A stretch of DNA of 64,000 nt, from the NCBI RefSeq assembly GCF_021028975.2, contig NC_059434.1, forward strand, positions 70,494,001-70,558,000. Reading direction: 5' to 3'. The notes under the pieces are model-generated. The model did no database searches and was not told where the DNA came from. It saw only the letters and a list, made by a program, of their open reading frames with translations. The stretch comes from Sphaerodactylus townsendi. Its lineage: Eukaryota. The stretch's first letter is position 1, and each line of letters opens with the position of its first letter. Positions 24,959 to 38,194 of the stretch are shown piece after piece. The position numbers and the translations under genes were made by a program.

Positions 24959-27726
24959 CATCTAATGTACAGCTCTGTCCCCTACATGGTGGAATATGCT
25001 CCCAACTGAGATCAGGGCCCTGCGGGACTTGAATAATTTCCACAGGGTCTGTAAAACAGAGCTATTCCACCAGGCTTTCCCCAATGGCCAGTCAGGTTAA
25101 CAGCTATTTTGGCCTCCCAGGCGCGGGGTAGAGGAGGGAATACTGAATTTTGTAAGTCGCCATCTGGGTTTAGTTTTCAGCACTGTTTTATATTGTTTTA
25201 ATTTATTTAATACGATTTTATTGTGCCTGTTTTAAAAATGTTGTTGCTGCCCTGAGCCCTTTGGAGGAAGGGTGGGATAAAAAATTTGAAAATAAATAAA
25301 AATAAATACAATAAAAATAATGCAAGGCATTTATGTTTAGCAAAAGTGAAATATCAAGGCAAATATTCATTTTCTGCTTGCTTGTTTTCAAAAACTGGCC
25401 ACAATCCAACACAAAGTTATTGGTTGCAATTGCATATGTCATGCTGGTAATGTTGTTATGGTAATGCTGTTATGTTGAATCTAACCAGATTTTTCAGTCT
25501 TGGCTAATTCCCCTCTTTATTGTAGTCATTGTCCCATATGATTTTTGTCCATGCTAGTCACATGAGCCCCATCACAGCCTTTTTGGTGTCAAAGGAGATT
25601 TCACCAATGGAAAAGCTGGCTGGAGCCAATGCAACATACTTAGCATTTGTATAATATTTAGTTGCACAGGTCCAACAGGTAAGTTCAGCCTTGCAAGTAA
25701 TTATTTCCATGCAATCAGTACAGATCTGGATGCAGGCTTGCATTTGCAAAGCAAAGATAATCTAATCCCTGGCTCCTCTTGAGAATTCTGGCTATGTATA
25801 AGAAAAGATGGCCAACCTCTAACCATAATATGAAGCTGGTTAGATTCAACGTAACAACTTCTACCAATCATGGGTAGCACTAATTTTTTCAAAAATCAAT
25901 TTTATTCCATTTTCTAGCCAAAATTGACTCTCAAAATTATTTATCAGATTCTAAAAAAAACCCCAGTATCCAATATGAAAATCAATATTTTTCTGCAAAG
26001 GAATCTTAGTGGGTTGCACACACGAGTCAAATGATTGCCCAATTTAGACTAAATAGCAATTGCACTCAAAGCAATTACATGTAGCCTGGTTTCCCAGTAT
26101 ACATGGTATGAGTACTGGGAACAGAACAACTCAAAAGGGTTAACAAGAACATTCAGTGATTTTTTTTAGCTTCTTTCTGTGCTGTTCCTGTGTTAAGTCA
26201 CCCACTCAGTCCCTTTTCTTCCCATATGGTGAGCTATTCAAGGCAGTAATTTGATTCATAGGATCGGCAGCTTGTAAAGACCAAGAAGCCTTGCTTGGGG
26301 CAACAGCAGATAACTAACTTATCCGATGATCTGTGGATGCCTATTTCACTTTAGTACAAAACAAAAGTCCTCCTGGAAGCCAATTCCACTGTATTTCTTA
26401 CCTCTCCTCTTCCTCTGCAAACTGCATCCTCAGCACAGCTATTTGCTGTGTTGTAATGGCTTTAATTTTCCTTTGCAACTGCAAATACTTTGCCCTGATT
26501 TATTGGAAACCTAAAATACAAATTTATTCTTAACCAGGGGAGAGGGGGGGGGACCCCTGTTATTGTATGAGCCAACTAATATAGAAACTTATCAGCTGTT
26601 TCATGATTTGGAGTCTAACCAGTCCTATACAATTTGGACAACATTTGAATGTTGGGGAGACACAACCTGAATCTCAGACTTTATTGTGTCTGCTGTGCTA
26701 TTCTGTAACATTACTGAAGGCTGGCATTGTGCATTGACTGATAAAATACTAGTTCTCGTAGAAATTACAGTGGTCTCAGAAGCTATTTTCCTCATTTTTA
26801 TAGGCACAGCAGTAGGAAAAAGACTCTTGTAGGGATAAAAAGACACTGCTGATGAAACTATTATTAAAATGCCACAAGGAGCATGGAGCTGATTATGCCA
26901 TCTGACTGAGAGATCCCACTCTGTTTACACGCAAGCTAAGCTGTTACTAGAGGCATGACAAATCAGCCAAAGCAAAATGGAGGCATCTCTTAGCCCAGTG
27001 GGGAGATAATGCGGGTGGGAGGAGGATGAAGCTTGCCTGCATTTCTTAAGCAGAGAATAGAACATTTTGAAGCATATGACAGAATTAATAAAGCTTTGAA
27101 GGATATATTGAATAAAGCAAAACAAGGGGATAGCCATGAAAATATGCAAAGTTCTGTCATTCTTTTGTGCACATATATATGAGCAGACGATGTTCATACA
27201 GTGGGAAATGGAACTGTGGGCTCTCATCTCTGCATTTTTGTTGTCTATTTGTTTAGAAATTGTTAATGCTACCTCTTCAGAGACCTGTCCAAGCCAGTTC
27301 ACAAAAGCCAGATACAATCATAAAAAACATAGTTGTATCAAAATTTCCCCACCTCTGCTGGTTCAGCTCAAAAGAGTAGATTATGACATTGCTTCTCCTG
27401 TGCACAGCTTCAAAACACAAGCCTTGATCTTCATGCCATGTATTGTTTCCTTGGGGCATTTTTTTCCTGTTAAAAGAAACACATTTTTCCAACATTAATT
27501 TTGCATCACTTGTATATAAAAGGCATGTGTGAAATGAAAGAAACAGTTTAATCCCAAACTCCAGCAACTGATGTGGGCAGAATAAAAAGTCTCTTGCAAT
27601 AGTGGTGGCATCAGTGGAAAGAGCCACAAGATTAACCTAATCCAGGGGAGCTGTACAGTTGGAGTTTAAGTCAGTACTTACAGCCAAGTGTCAATGGCAG
27701 GGTCTTGTGCCATGGGTGTCCTGGCT

Positions 27727-27822
27727 ATGGTGGTGAACCTATGGCACTCCAGAACCTATGGCACCATCAGATGGGAACTGTAGTCCATGAACATCTGGAG
27801 TGCCATAGGTTCGCCACCACTG
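27727..27822. mobile_element. hAT-type hairpin MITE (internally rearranged)
   Basis: GGTGAACCTATGGCACTCCAGA ... TCTGGAGTGCCATAGGTTCGCCACCACTG, same family as 29053 and 42033. Confidence 0.7.
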
Positions 27823-28037
27823 CTATAGTGTATGTAAGGGGATGTGACAGCATGCAGTGTATGTACCTGGGTGCAGAGTGGTAGGACTGGCTACAGATTT
27901 AGCATCTCCAACTATGCAAGCCCTTGGCAGTGAAAAGGGGGAGGTGTGACTTCAGTGGCTTAAAAGGATGTCATTCTTTTTTAGGATTGCAATCTCATTT
28001 TCTAAAGACCTTAAAAAGGAACACAGTCTCTGAAACT

Positions 28038-28285
28038 GAGAGCCAGCATGATGTAAAGGTTAAGAGTGGTGGACTCTAATCTGGAGAACTGCATTCAGTT
28101 CCCCTCTCTTCCACATGAAGCTTGCTGGGTCACCTTGATCTAATCACAGTTCTCTCAGAACGCTTTCAACTACACCTACCTCACAAGGTGCCTGTTGTGG
28201 GGAGGGAGGTAAGGTGATTATAAACAACTTTGAGACTCCTTGAGGTATACAAAAGGTATATAAAACCAGCTTTTCTTCTCTTCTT
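28038..28285 (+). mobile_element. tRNA-derived SINE (Squam3-like)
   Basis: GAGAGCCAGC..GGTTAAGAGTGGTGGACTCTAATCTGGAGAAC head and CTT-rich tail. Confidence 0.8.
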
Positions 28286-29052
28286 TTCCACAAAGGATGC
28301 TTTAGCATAGCATTATAGAAAATATGCGAGACATCACCCCATGATGGACAGAATAAGGATCACCAAAGCATACTGCCAATTTAATTTTTGTTTGCATGTT
28401 TGGAATATCCATACCTAATTCAGCAGTTGAGTCAAATAGTTATGAATGGGTACATTTCTACAGGCTGCAGCCTGCAATTACCTTGGGGGGTGGGGGTTAT
28501 TTTTGTTTTTTGCTCAATTTTTGTGTTTGGCAGCCAACTGGTAAAATGATTTTCCTGACTTGCTATGCCCTGTGCTTTTTTGATATTTCATTTATCTCTC
28601 TCCAACCACAGCAAAATTCCCAAGCAGGCTCTGAGTTCACAAATAGATATACAATGCAATAAACTGTGACTGTTTCAAGATGGTTGGACAAATTGTCAAA
28701 GCGCAGTTTTAAACAATATGGTCTTGTTAGATACAGAAGAAAATTTGGGAGCTGTAATACATGTCTTGCATTGATGGAGAGCACTGCAGACTGCTGACAC
28801 TCGTGTTCTGACTGGTGTCCAGAAGCCCCAATTGCTTGTCTTAAAATGGTTCACTGGCACATCCAGGCTCTCCTCTGTAATATTAGTGAAATGGCTGTTC
28901 ACCTGAAGGCCTTGGTCTCCATTAGGCTTACTAAACTTACATATACCTCAAAGTCATCATAGACAGGTCCTTCATCGCTTAAAAACAGTGGTAGTTTGAA
29001 TGTGACCCTCAGTTAATGGTGTTTATGAATCAGTACCATTGATCATGTAGGT

Positions 29053-29183
29053 CCATTGTGGCGAACCTTTGGCACTCCAGATGTTATGGACTACAATTCC
29101 CATCAGCCCCTGCCAGTATGGCCCATGAGCTGATGGGAATTGTAGTCCATAACATCTGGAGTGCCAAAGGTTCACCACCACTG
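29053..29183. mobile_element. hAT-type hairpin MITE
   Basis: Long palindrome (GAACCTTTGGCACTCCAGATGTTATGGACTACAATTCCCATCAGC and its reverse complement), perfect 8-bp TSD ATGTAGGT. Confidence 0.88.
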
Positions 29184-29337
29184 ATGTAGGTGCATTCTCA
29201 GAACCTGGAGGTTTTTGAATTATTTGTAACTTGAGATTGCTTGATGTTTTAATATTTATATGGTTTATTGATATTGTTGTTGATATGATGTGAGCCACCC
29301 TGTGCCAAGAAGGGGAGGGGTGGCATAGTAAGTCTAA

Positions 29338-29417
<80 letters not shown>
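29338..29417. repeat. (GAT)n microsatellite at a LINE tail
   Basis: About 26 perfect ATG/GAT units following a TGTGAGCCACCCTG...GGGAGGGGTGGCATA terminal motif. Confidence 0.97.
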
Positions 29418-29418
<1 letters not shown>

Positions 29419-29817
29419 GTATAGTTCCCAAGCAACAGCACAAGAGTTCCCACAGTGATCCACTTACAATAGTTAACCATTGAACTGAGTTTATAGTCCT
29501 TGGCTGGGCAATCCCTGGGAGTAAAATAAAGGCAGAGACTTCAATAATCAGTGTCAGTGATACTTTGACATCACTTCCAGTTTTGAAACTAGAAGTGACA
29601 CCACAGCATTGATGCTTAAGGAATTCCCCAGATTACTATAGCTGTTAGATCACAGCATTGCTGATTTTTATCCCCCTTTTGCTCCCAGTGCTCTGGGGAG
29701 TGGCAGTGGGACTATGGATTGTCAAATAGGAGGTTGCTGTTGGACCATAGTGAAGCCCAGCCTCTGACTTTTAAACAAGGTTACTTGAAAGCATTACCCA
29801 CTTGTACGAACATACAA

Positions 29818-30108
29818 GGTCATTTCCCCACTTACCGCATCTGCTCGCTTGGCGCTACTCTCCCAAAGTAAGCGCTGAGGAGTCCCCGTGAAGCACTCCC
29901 CACTACAGGGGCGGCGACAACGCAGCAGCCCCGACGCTGCCACTCTCGCGCCCCCTCAGCGCGCGTCATTCCTGGCGCTCCTCAAATGGCGCCTTTTGAT
30001 GACCCCGTGCAGCGCAGGGTCATGGGGAAGCCCGGGAGTGCGCCAGAAATGACGCACACTGCGAGTAGCGCCCAGCAAAGGGTGGTTGAGGTAAGTGGGG
30101 AAACCACC
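29818..30108. mobile_element. CpG-rich Harbinger-like MITE
   Basis: GGTCATTTCCCCACTTACC ... GGTAAGTGGGGAAACCACC TIRs, internal inverted segments (GCGTCATTCCTGGCGC / GCGCCAGAAATGACGC). Confidence 0.7.
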
Positions 30109-31174
30109 ACACAGTTATTGGTTTTGCAGATGGGTATTTTGGTCCCAAACAATGAAGTAAAAAATACCCCCATTAGTCTTTGTTTTTTTCAGAAAACACT
30201 GATTCAAGGAAGTGTTGTTGACTTCCATGAATAGATACAATCCTTTTCACAAAAAAGTCTACCTATTATTCCAAAAAACTGGGGTGAGCTATTAGACATG
30301 CAAGAAAGGGATGGGGAATTTAAGCATAAGAAACATTCCATCTCATATGAATGCGTATATCTAGGCTTTGGGGTGTGTGAAACAGGCTCTGGGAAACACA
30401 TGGACTTCTGCCAGCAAAACCAGATTTTTTTTTTTAGTGTGATGGAACAGTTGGCTACCTCAAGACACATCAGGATTTGGCTTTGGTAGTGGATCATTGG
30501 ATAGTAGGATGGATGGTAGAGAGTAACAGTGCCAGCCATGCCAAACTAGTTCAAGAATGTTTGTGTGGAAAATATTTGTCATACAATTTACAACTATTCC
30601 GAGCATTCAAAAAATCATTTTTTTCCAGCATTCAGAGGCTTTGCATGCAAGTTGCAATCAACTCGCAATTTGAGCACAGAAGTGTTCGCTCTATTTTTGC
30701 TGGATTCAAAATCAGCCAGAGATAATACTTCTCAAGAGAAGATCGATTTATTACACTTCTTTAGTAGCAGCACAGTTTGCATATTTCCATAAATCTTTTT
30801 ATCAACCAAACAAAATCATCATGTGACTAAATAGACCACGATTTCTTCCCATCTGCGGAAGCTGTTCCTTTTATAATATATAGGCTCCCTCTGCGATCTA
30901 CGTTTGGGATATCCTTTTTTTTCTTTTTAAGCCATTCCCCTCAGCTGCCCTGTAGGTGTGGGGAGCTTGAACTGGGTTTGGGGAACCCAGATTCAATTCT
31001 TAAAAAAACTCCAACTAGTCTATCCTTGTAAGGATTTGCTTGTACAGGGAGTGTATCTTAGCTACACATCTGAGAGCCTAGAAATTAACAAGGAAGAGTG
31101 TGCTTGGTAAAATGAGAAACCCCCAGTTCAGTCTGAGGGACTTGATCAAGCAATCTATTTTTGGGGGGTATATG

Positions 31175-31612
31175 TCTGTTATCAAAGGTTTTTTTATGAC
31201 TGAATCAGCTGGCTATTGTGGGTTTTTCAGGCTGTGTGACCGTGCTCTGGTAGTTTTTGCTCCTAACATTTCACCCATTTATATGGCTGGCATCTTCAGA
31301 AGGCATGTCACGGTGAGATGTGTTTCTCTCTGTGGCACTATGGAAACATATCTCACTAAGGCTCCTTCTGCACATGCAGAATAATGCACTTTCACTCCAC
31401 TTTCACAATTGTTTGCAAGTGGATTTTGCTATTCGGCACAGTAAAATCCAGCTTCAAAATGCATTGAAAGTGGATTGAAAGTGCATTATTCTGCATGTGC
31501 ACAAGGGGCCCATGACATGCCCCTAAAGATGCCAGCTATAGATGCAGGTAAAACATTAGGAGCAAAAACTACCAGAACATGGTCATGCAACCCAGAAAGC
31601 CCACAACAGCCC
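31175..31612 (-). mobile_element. Penelope-derived inverted-repeat (hairpin) element interrupted by a MITE
   Basis: Left arm 31210-31330 is the reverse complement of the right arm (31343-31357 plus 31511-31612). Both arms match the 17436 repeat including a decayed hammerhead core. Confidence 0.7.
31360..31510. mobile_element. Harbinger-type MITE, family A variant
   Basis: GCACATGCAGAATAATGCACTTTCA at both ends in inverted orientation, GGC...GCC termini. Confidence 0.8.
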
Positions 31613-34600
31613 ATTTTCTTTAAAGTAAAGAGTTTGGGTCAAGGGTAGGTCATGGTCATGACTTTCTTTGGAACAAAACACTTTCCTCTGAAGGGAGTGT
31701 ATCAGCATTGCGTGTTGTGGGAAAGCTCCTTGAGTTGGAAAATGGTGCCTCTTTTATCTGAGCAGAGGGTTGGACGTAGCCTATGGTCCCTCCTTAAGAT
31801 AAATGGCCTCTTATGCAGGAAGCCTGTTAAGCTTAAATAAAACAGATTTTATAAATGTGTATTGGCATTACGATATTGTTTGCAATAATAATACTAATGC
31901 TCCGTTTTTGCAGTTACCTAGACTACCTTGCCTGACATCCCACTCCGATAATATCCTCCATCTGCTCTGCCGTGTCTGTCATTTCTTTCCTCTATAACAT
32001 ATTGTGACAGAGGCTTCATTTACCTAAACTTATCTTGGCAACTTGTACTTCATTAAAGAGAATCCTGCAATCATCAGTTAAAGCTTTCCCCCTCCTATCT
32101 GGCCATGCATAGCTAAGCTTCATAAATCATTCCTTCACTTTCCATTTTGCAGCTCCTGGAAAGGTAACATTATTGAATTCAGATCACTGCAATAGACCGG
32201 TACTAAAATGTTTACTGACCGCTTTTTAGGCACTGAGCTTTTGCTTTTGAATGCAGATGGTAATATTAGCTAAAGCTTTCAATTTTTTTAAAAAAATGGA
32301 TGTCACTAATATGTTTTATACATTGTTGTAAATACCTCTGATGGCAAGCCATTGGCACGAAACTGCCAGCAGAAAGCGTATAAAGTCTTCTTTTCTCCCA
32401 TGCTTCTCTGGTTCTTTACTCAGCCTAGAAGCGTTTGGTAGGAACACCTTTTGGTACAGATCCCTAAGTATATGAAAAAGCACTCTGTCCAACTTGTAGA
32501 ATGCAGGACTGTATTCATACCTGGATGTGTTCTCCATATATATGTGGATAGAATAATCTGGTGGTTGCAAAGACCTGCTACAGTGCCGTTGAGGCTGCCT
32601 TGAGCATAATGTTCCCAGACAACCTGGCAACTGGTGAGCGGGGGCTGCAAAGTTGCTCAAGAATTTGAAATAAGGGCAGCCTCATGAGCTTCCCAGAAGT
32701 CTTTAAAAGAAGTGACAAAGGGTAGTTCTGAAAATTCCAAAAATCCTATGTGAAACTATAGAGCTTCTGGTGATTCCTAGAGCTACCATTTGGTAAGAAC
32801 CTCTGGGGGTACATAAGGCTACAATTAAAAAAAAAACAATCCCACTGCCACTCCAAGGACCAATAGGCAATGATCTCTTTTTTTGCCTTCTAACAAAACT
32901 GGCAAGCCAAATGAGGGTTCTAGATTGGCAGGGTCAGGAACAAACCAGGCCCTTTGCCTTTCCCAGATCAACAGACCACTTCATTCTGCCTCAAGCTGAG
33001 GACTTCAGTCTCCTATCTCTCTAGCTTGTCCAGCACAGGCTTCAGGACTAGCTACCACCATGGATGTCAAAGATGTCCAATTGGCCATGACTGTTCCCTT
33101 GCAGTATTCAAACCTGGATGTTTCCAGAGACCGCATGGAAGGTCAAAGGGTCTTTCAGTCTGAGACAGCAAAATGCTATTCTATATTTAAATTTTTTATC
33201 TGAAAGCCTTGGCCACACAACCTGCTTTGAGTCACATTGAAGACAGATTGAAAAGCAGCTGCAGGAGGCACAGGTGGTGGCAGCCTGGAAGCAGAAGTAA
33301 TCCTTGCAGATGGTTTATATACTCCATACGGACCACAGTGGTATTTGATGATGACAGGGTTTCATGGCTTTAATTCTAACTTCTGTCCTGGAAACTTTAA
33401 GGAGTCCTCACCATTCTGTTGTTTGTCAAACAATGGCACAACTCAACCTGTTTCATATTGCAAACCCTTCAACAACAATAGGCTAGAAAGCAACTCAAAG
33501 GAGTCCAGTCCAAACACAAACACAGAGGCATAATCTCTTGTATCAAAAGCTTCCCACAGCAAATTAGCCAGTATATTTGGGCTAGTTCAAACACTGCTTG
33601 TTTAACGCTTGATAATATGCCTGGCAAAAATTTTCTCTTAAAGGAAATAGCCAAATATGGAAATCAGTTGGAGCACTGATTTAATCTACACCCAAGCACT
33701 CACAATCATCTTCAGATATGTGCTTACCAAGATATGAACCAAACATCCATACATATACCCAGCTACACTTCCTAAGATGGAACAATCAGCTCTTAACCAG
33801 CAGCTGCGATCACATGCTTTTTTTCTAAATTATTGAGTATGAGACTCATGGATTATGTTTCTTTAGATGAATGCATATCTAGGAAGGCTGGGACTGTTTT
33901 CATATAGACAAAATCAGCCCCATCCACTAACCATCCACCATCCACCAACCATCCAAATCAGCCCCATCCACTAACCGTGGGAGCTGAGACTCTTGAACCT
34001 GGAAAATCTTGTTGGTCTCCAAGATGCTTCTGATCTCAAATCTAGTTGATCCATTAATCCAGCCATTCAATTTCTATGAAGCAACAGTTTTTCTATTTGC
34101 AGAAGAGGGAATTTCTCCTCCCACGGCCAACTCCTCGATGGGCTGCTGCAGAAGGGAAAAGAACATCCCACTTTATGAAACCTGCAGATAATCTGCCAGT
34201 ATCTCCACACAACAAACAGTTTCCCTACTGGAGATGTGTAGAATGTCAATTTGCCTCTGCATCACAATACTTAGCCTTGCATGTCAAGTGTTTAGTTGCA
34301 TCTTTTGATGTGAACTGAGATGTGCATTCCCATCCAGGGTCACTAGTAATGGTGAATGAGAAAGTATAATTGGTCCCTGATAGCCTAAGCATGAATCTTC
34401 TTCGCCGAGTTCTTCACATTTTATGAGTACTCTAATGTTATTTTAGTTTCACCTTAGAATAAAAAAGGTGGATATTTTCTTTCAAGCAGAAAAAACTCTA
34501 CTTTCATTAAGTTGATCCTGTTTATGTCCTTTACAGTACTTCTTTGGATCTTGGCCAATATGCAAACAGCACAAATGTATATCATTTGCAAAATCTGCTA

Positions 34601-36799
34601 TCATCTCCTATAGCAATTTCCTCTGCAGTTAAGGTGCGTCTTTTTAATTGAATGTAATAATTATTGCAATTGGGGGATATTTGCTCGCTTGTTTTGCATG
34701 AAGCACTAGGCAGAGTTTGCAAAATCAGGCTTTTCTTTTTTAGGAAGCTATTATCTTTGGCCATTGAAACAATTATCTGCACCTTTTTTAAAAAAAACAC
34801 ATGCATTTGTATCTATGTCACATTGTTTCAGAGCATGGTAAATTGTTGGCATCAGCATTGATGACTGCTACAAGGGAGGGAGATATTTAGGAGAACCATC
34901 TTCAGGAAAAAAAAACCCCTTCTCGTATACAATTTTACTTGCAGGCAGAATTTATCCCAAGGATAAATAAAAATGCAAGCCAAGCAATAAGACTGTGTCT
35001 GCCAATTAGAATATATAGGTGAGATAATCCCTGCTATACGTGTGTATTTCTTCCCCGGGAAGTCTAGGCTAATTTTAGTGTTGATGGAAACAGTGTGAAA
35101 ATTAAATGTAAATTCTATTTAAAGGTACAGTGGATGCTGCTAAGGAAAAGCACACTTCCTCGGGACTTTCAGTTACCTGGATTTACTTGGTTCCCCCATC
35201 CTTCCCTACTCCCAGTCCATAATGGTTTTGCTTCAGGACAGGAAAGAGACCATGGTTGACCTGGACAAGACCTCTGCTGAAACCACTGGAAATGCACTGC
35301 TGCCTTTCAGAGTTGACAGTAGTTGACTAGATAAGTAAATAATCTTACTCAGAGTTTACTGCACATGACCTTGCAAGTGTGGAAATCAATGCTTTTAGAT
35401 AAGCCTTCCAGTTAGAGCTCCCACCTAGCAGCCCCAGTTCCCTGGTAGGGTAATGGAGGGATAAGAGGGGGGGGGGACTTGTGCTATCAATCTCATGGAG
35501 CAACATCACTTCAGTATACAATGAGAAATGACATCATGATGCTCTAGGATTCATCTACCACCCCCATTGCTTCTGGTGCCCTCCCTCTGCTCAGCCACCA
35601 CCATTCCTGCTGCTTGGCCACCACTTCCGCTGCTCGCCTGCCGCTTCTGCCAGCCCGCCGCTTCTACTGCCCCCTGCTGCTCACCTGCCACTTCTGCCAC
35701 TTGCCCGCTGCTTCTGCTGCTCAGCCACCAGTTTGGTTGCCTCCCTGCTAGTGACCTCCCAATTTTTGTACTTGTCCCAGGTGCCATTTTCAGGAGGTCT
35801 GCCTGGTACACTTGAGCAACAGAGCCTTGACACTTTCATGAGCTTTATAGTGTAGCAAAATTATGCTAAATCTTTTTTTAAAATACCCAAAAAAGGTGGG
35901 AGGTTGCATGGAAAGACTAAGAAAGTGGCAGGCAGGCAAAACGGCAGCTTGGCTGGGGGCACTTCACAGCAGGACGAACCCTGTTTATACAAAAAAAGCA
36001 GGAAAACCCCACTGTGAAATAGACAGCTGCACAGGAAGCAGCAAATTGGGGGATATGGGCAAAAATGCCCATAATCTAACATTTGCCTTCTCTAGTCTCT
36101 GTCCCTAAGGTTATATATAGTAAACATTCTTTTCCAGGCCCATCAGCATAGCTAAGCACTGAAGGCTTCTGTGCTTGGGAAAGCATTGACTTGTCTCCCA
36201 TGGTTTTTATTTTGCCAGTCATTCACCATCATTAAAGCTTCTGGAACACGTGTAGAATCCAGTCACAATTTTTGAAAATGACTTCTTTCATGCAACACAT
36301 TTCTCCGTAGAGCAATACTCAAGAAGTGATCGTAGCACATCAAATAGTAACATCCTGTGTGCCTCATAGCTGGTGGTTGGAGGGTGGGATATGACAATGG
36401 AACTTCCTTAAATTAAACTACTCAATCCAACCAGTAGCCTTGAGCAGTATCACACCAATAAAGTTAAAAACAATCCCAATAACCTGACTCCAGACTCAGA
36501 CTCATTATTTATTCATATTATTATATTTTGCTGTAGCTTGGGGGGGAAAAAACTTTGCAATAGCTAAAGTGGCTTCATGTTCAATACCTGCTAGGAGCAC
36601 TCTCATTTTCTCCCCAATAAGTAGTATTTGCCCTCCCATCAACAAACAGCAAAATCTATCATTCTCTTATACCAGACTAAAGAAACACATTACACAAGAC
36701 AATGCTCCAATGCATCAATTCAAACTGATTGACACAAACATAATCTATTTGATTGAGGAAGCTTCTTATAACGATCTCCCATTACCAAAGAAGTTTTAA

Positions 36800-37030
36800 T
36801 CTAGTGGTTAACAGCAGCAGGTGCTAATCTGGTTAAACTAGATTTGATTCCCCACTCCTATGCATGATGCCTTCTGGGTGACCCTGGGGCAGTCATAGTT
36901 CTCACAGAACTCTCTCAGTCCTACCTACCTCTGTTGTGGAGAGAGGAAGGGATTGTGATTGTAAGCTGCTTTGAGACTTCTTAAAGGTAAAGAAAAGTAG
37001 GGCAAAAAACCAACTGTTCTACTGCTACTC
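36800..37030 (+). mobile_element. tRNA-derived SINE (Squam3-like, older)
   Basis: TAGTGGTTAA ... TTTGATTCCCCACTCC ... AGAACTCTCTCAG ... CTTTGAGACT. Confidence 0.75.
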
Positions 37031-37271
37031 TATCGTGAGACAGCTAAATATTTGAAATATTCATGAAAGGGTCTTGGACATGGCAAACCTAAATAAAGGG
37101 GGGAGCAAACTCTGTATGCTCTGTTCATACAAACAGCTCAAAATTAACATTTGAACAGCTTCCCTTCCTAATGTCTTGAAGGAGAGGGGAGGGCAAAGAA
37201 CTAACTGTGTGGTTTCTAATCTCTGTCATACCCAATAAAGTATAACCCAGCCCTTAGTTTATAGATTCAAC

Positions 37272-38194
37272 TGTGATGGACTACACAGATAAATAAGGTT
37301 TGGGAGTGCAGTCAGCGGAAGAATGTGCAGTCTCATACAGTGCAAAGAAAAAAACACCCTAGGAACTGGCCAGTAAGATTGGGTAAGCTGGCTTGTGCTC
37401 TGATTAATGGAGCAACCAGCTGATTACCAGAGGGAGGAGATATCTTTTTCAGAGAGACAATATTGAAAACCTTTTTGGATTTGGACCTGCATCAAGCTGT
37501 GTGTGAAAATCTATGTTGAGAGGATTTCAGTCAGAGAGTGAGTCTGATTTGAAATTTGGTGTGTGTCTATGTATGCTAAGAGCAGAAATACAAAGATAAA
37601 AGAACTGGAAGTTTAACCATTGGTCAAGGTAGAGGTGAAACAGAAGCTTTCCACAGTAACCATAAATAAAGGGTGAGGGGAATATATCTTCTGGGAGATA
37701 GAAGAATTCCTAAGCCAGTGAAAAAGGGAATTATACTCAAAGTAAGATTCCCTGTCTGGTGTATTATGATCTGCTCAAGATTTCTGTAGAGTGGGTGTCT
37801 AACAGTGGAGAAGCCATGTGTACTGAGATAAAGAATCCAGCCTGTTAGAACCTGAAGTCTTTTTGAATCCATATGTCAGTGACATGTCAGTGATATCTAA
37901 GAGTAACTCAAGACAAAACTGCACCTTCACATAAAATATAACATCTAAGAAATGGAGAAACCTAGAAAGCTTGATAAAATCCTGTGCCTGTGACAGAAAC
38001 CTAGGATTGTACATAGCTTACTCCTGCCTAATTTTCTTAACAATTCCAACTTTGTTCAATAAATTTTCTTTTCAATTTGTTTGAATCTGCCTCAGTTCTC
38101 CGGCGCCATTTTAAATAGGATTCATTTGAAAGGGAAAGGGCATTTTGCATGTTAGGGAGGCACAATATTAGAACTATAGCCTGAAATCATCACA
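37272..38194 (+). mobile_element. Probable solo LTR (older)
   Basis: TGTGATG ... CATCACA termini, AATAAA near 38058, no clean TSD. Confidence 0.5.

Noticed and set aside
24513-25043. Long Pro-rich and Gly-rich ORFs
   Set aside because: They are open only because the G-rich minisatellite lacks stop codons.
27136-27498. 120-aa ORF with a signal-peptide-like stretch
   Set aside because: No recognisable domain, no supported splice structure, and a length compatible with chance.
29023-29463. Poly-His and poly-Ser ORFs
   Set aside because: These are translations of the (GAT)n microsatellite plus a MITE.
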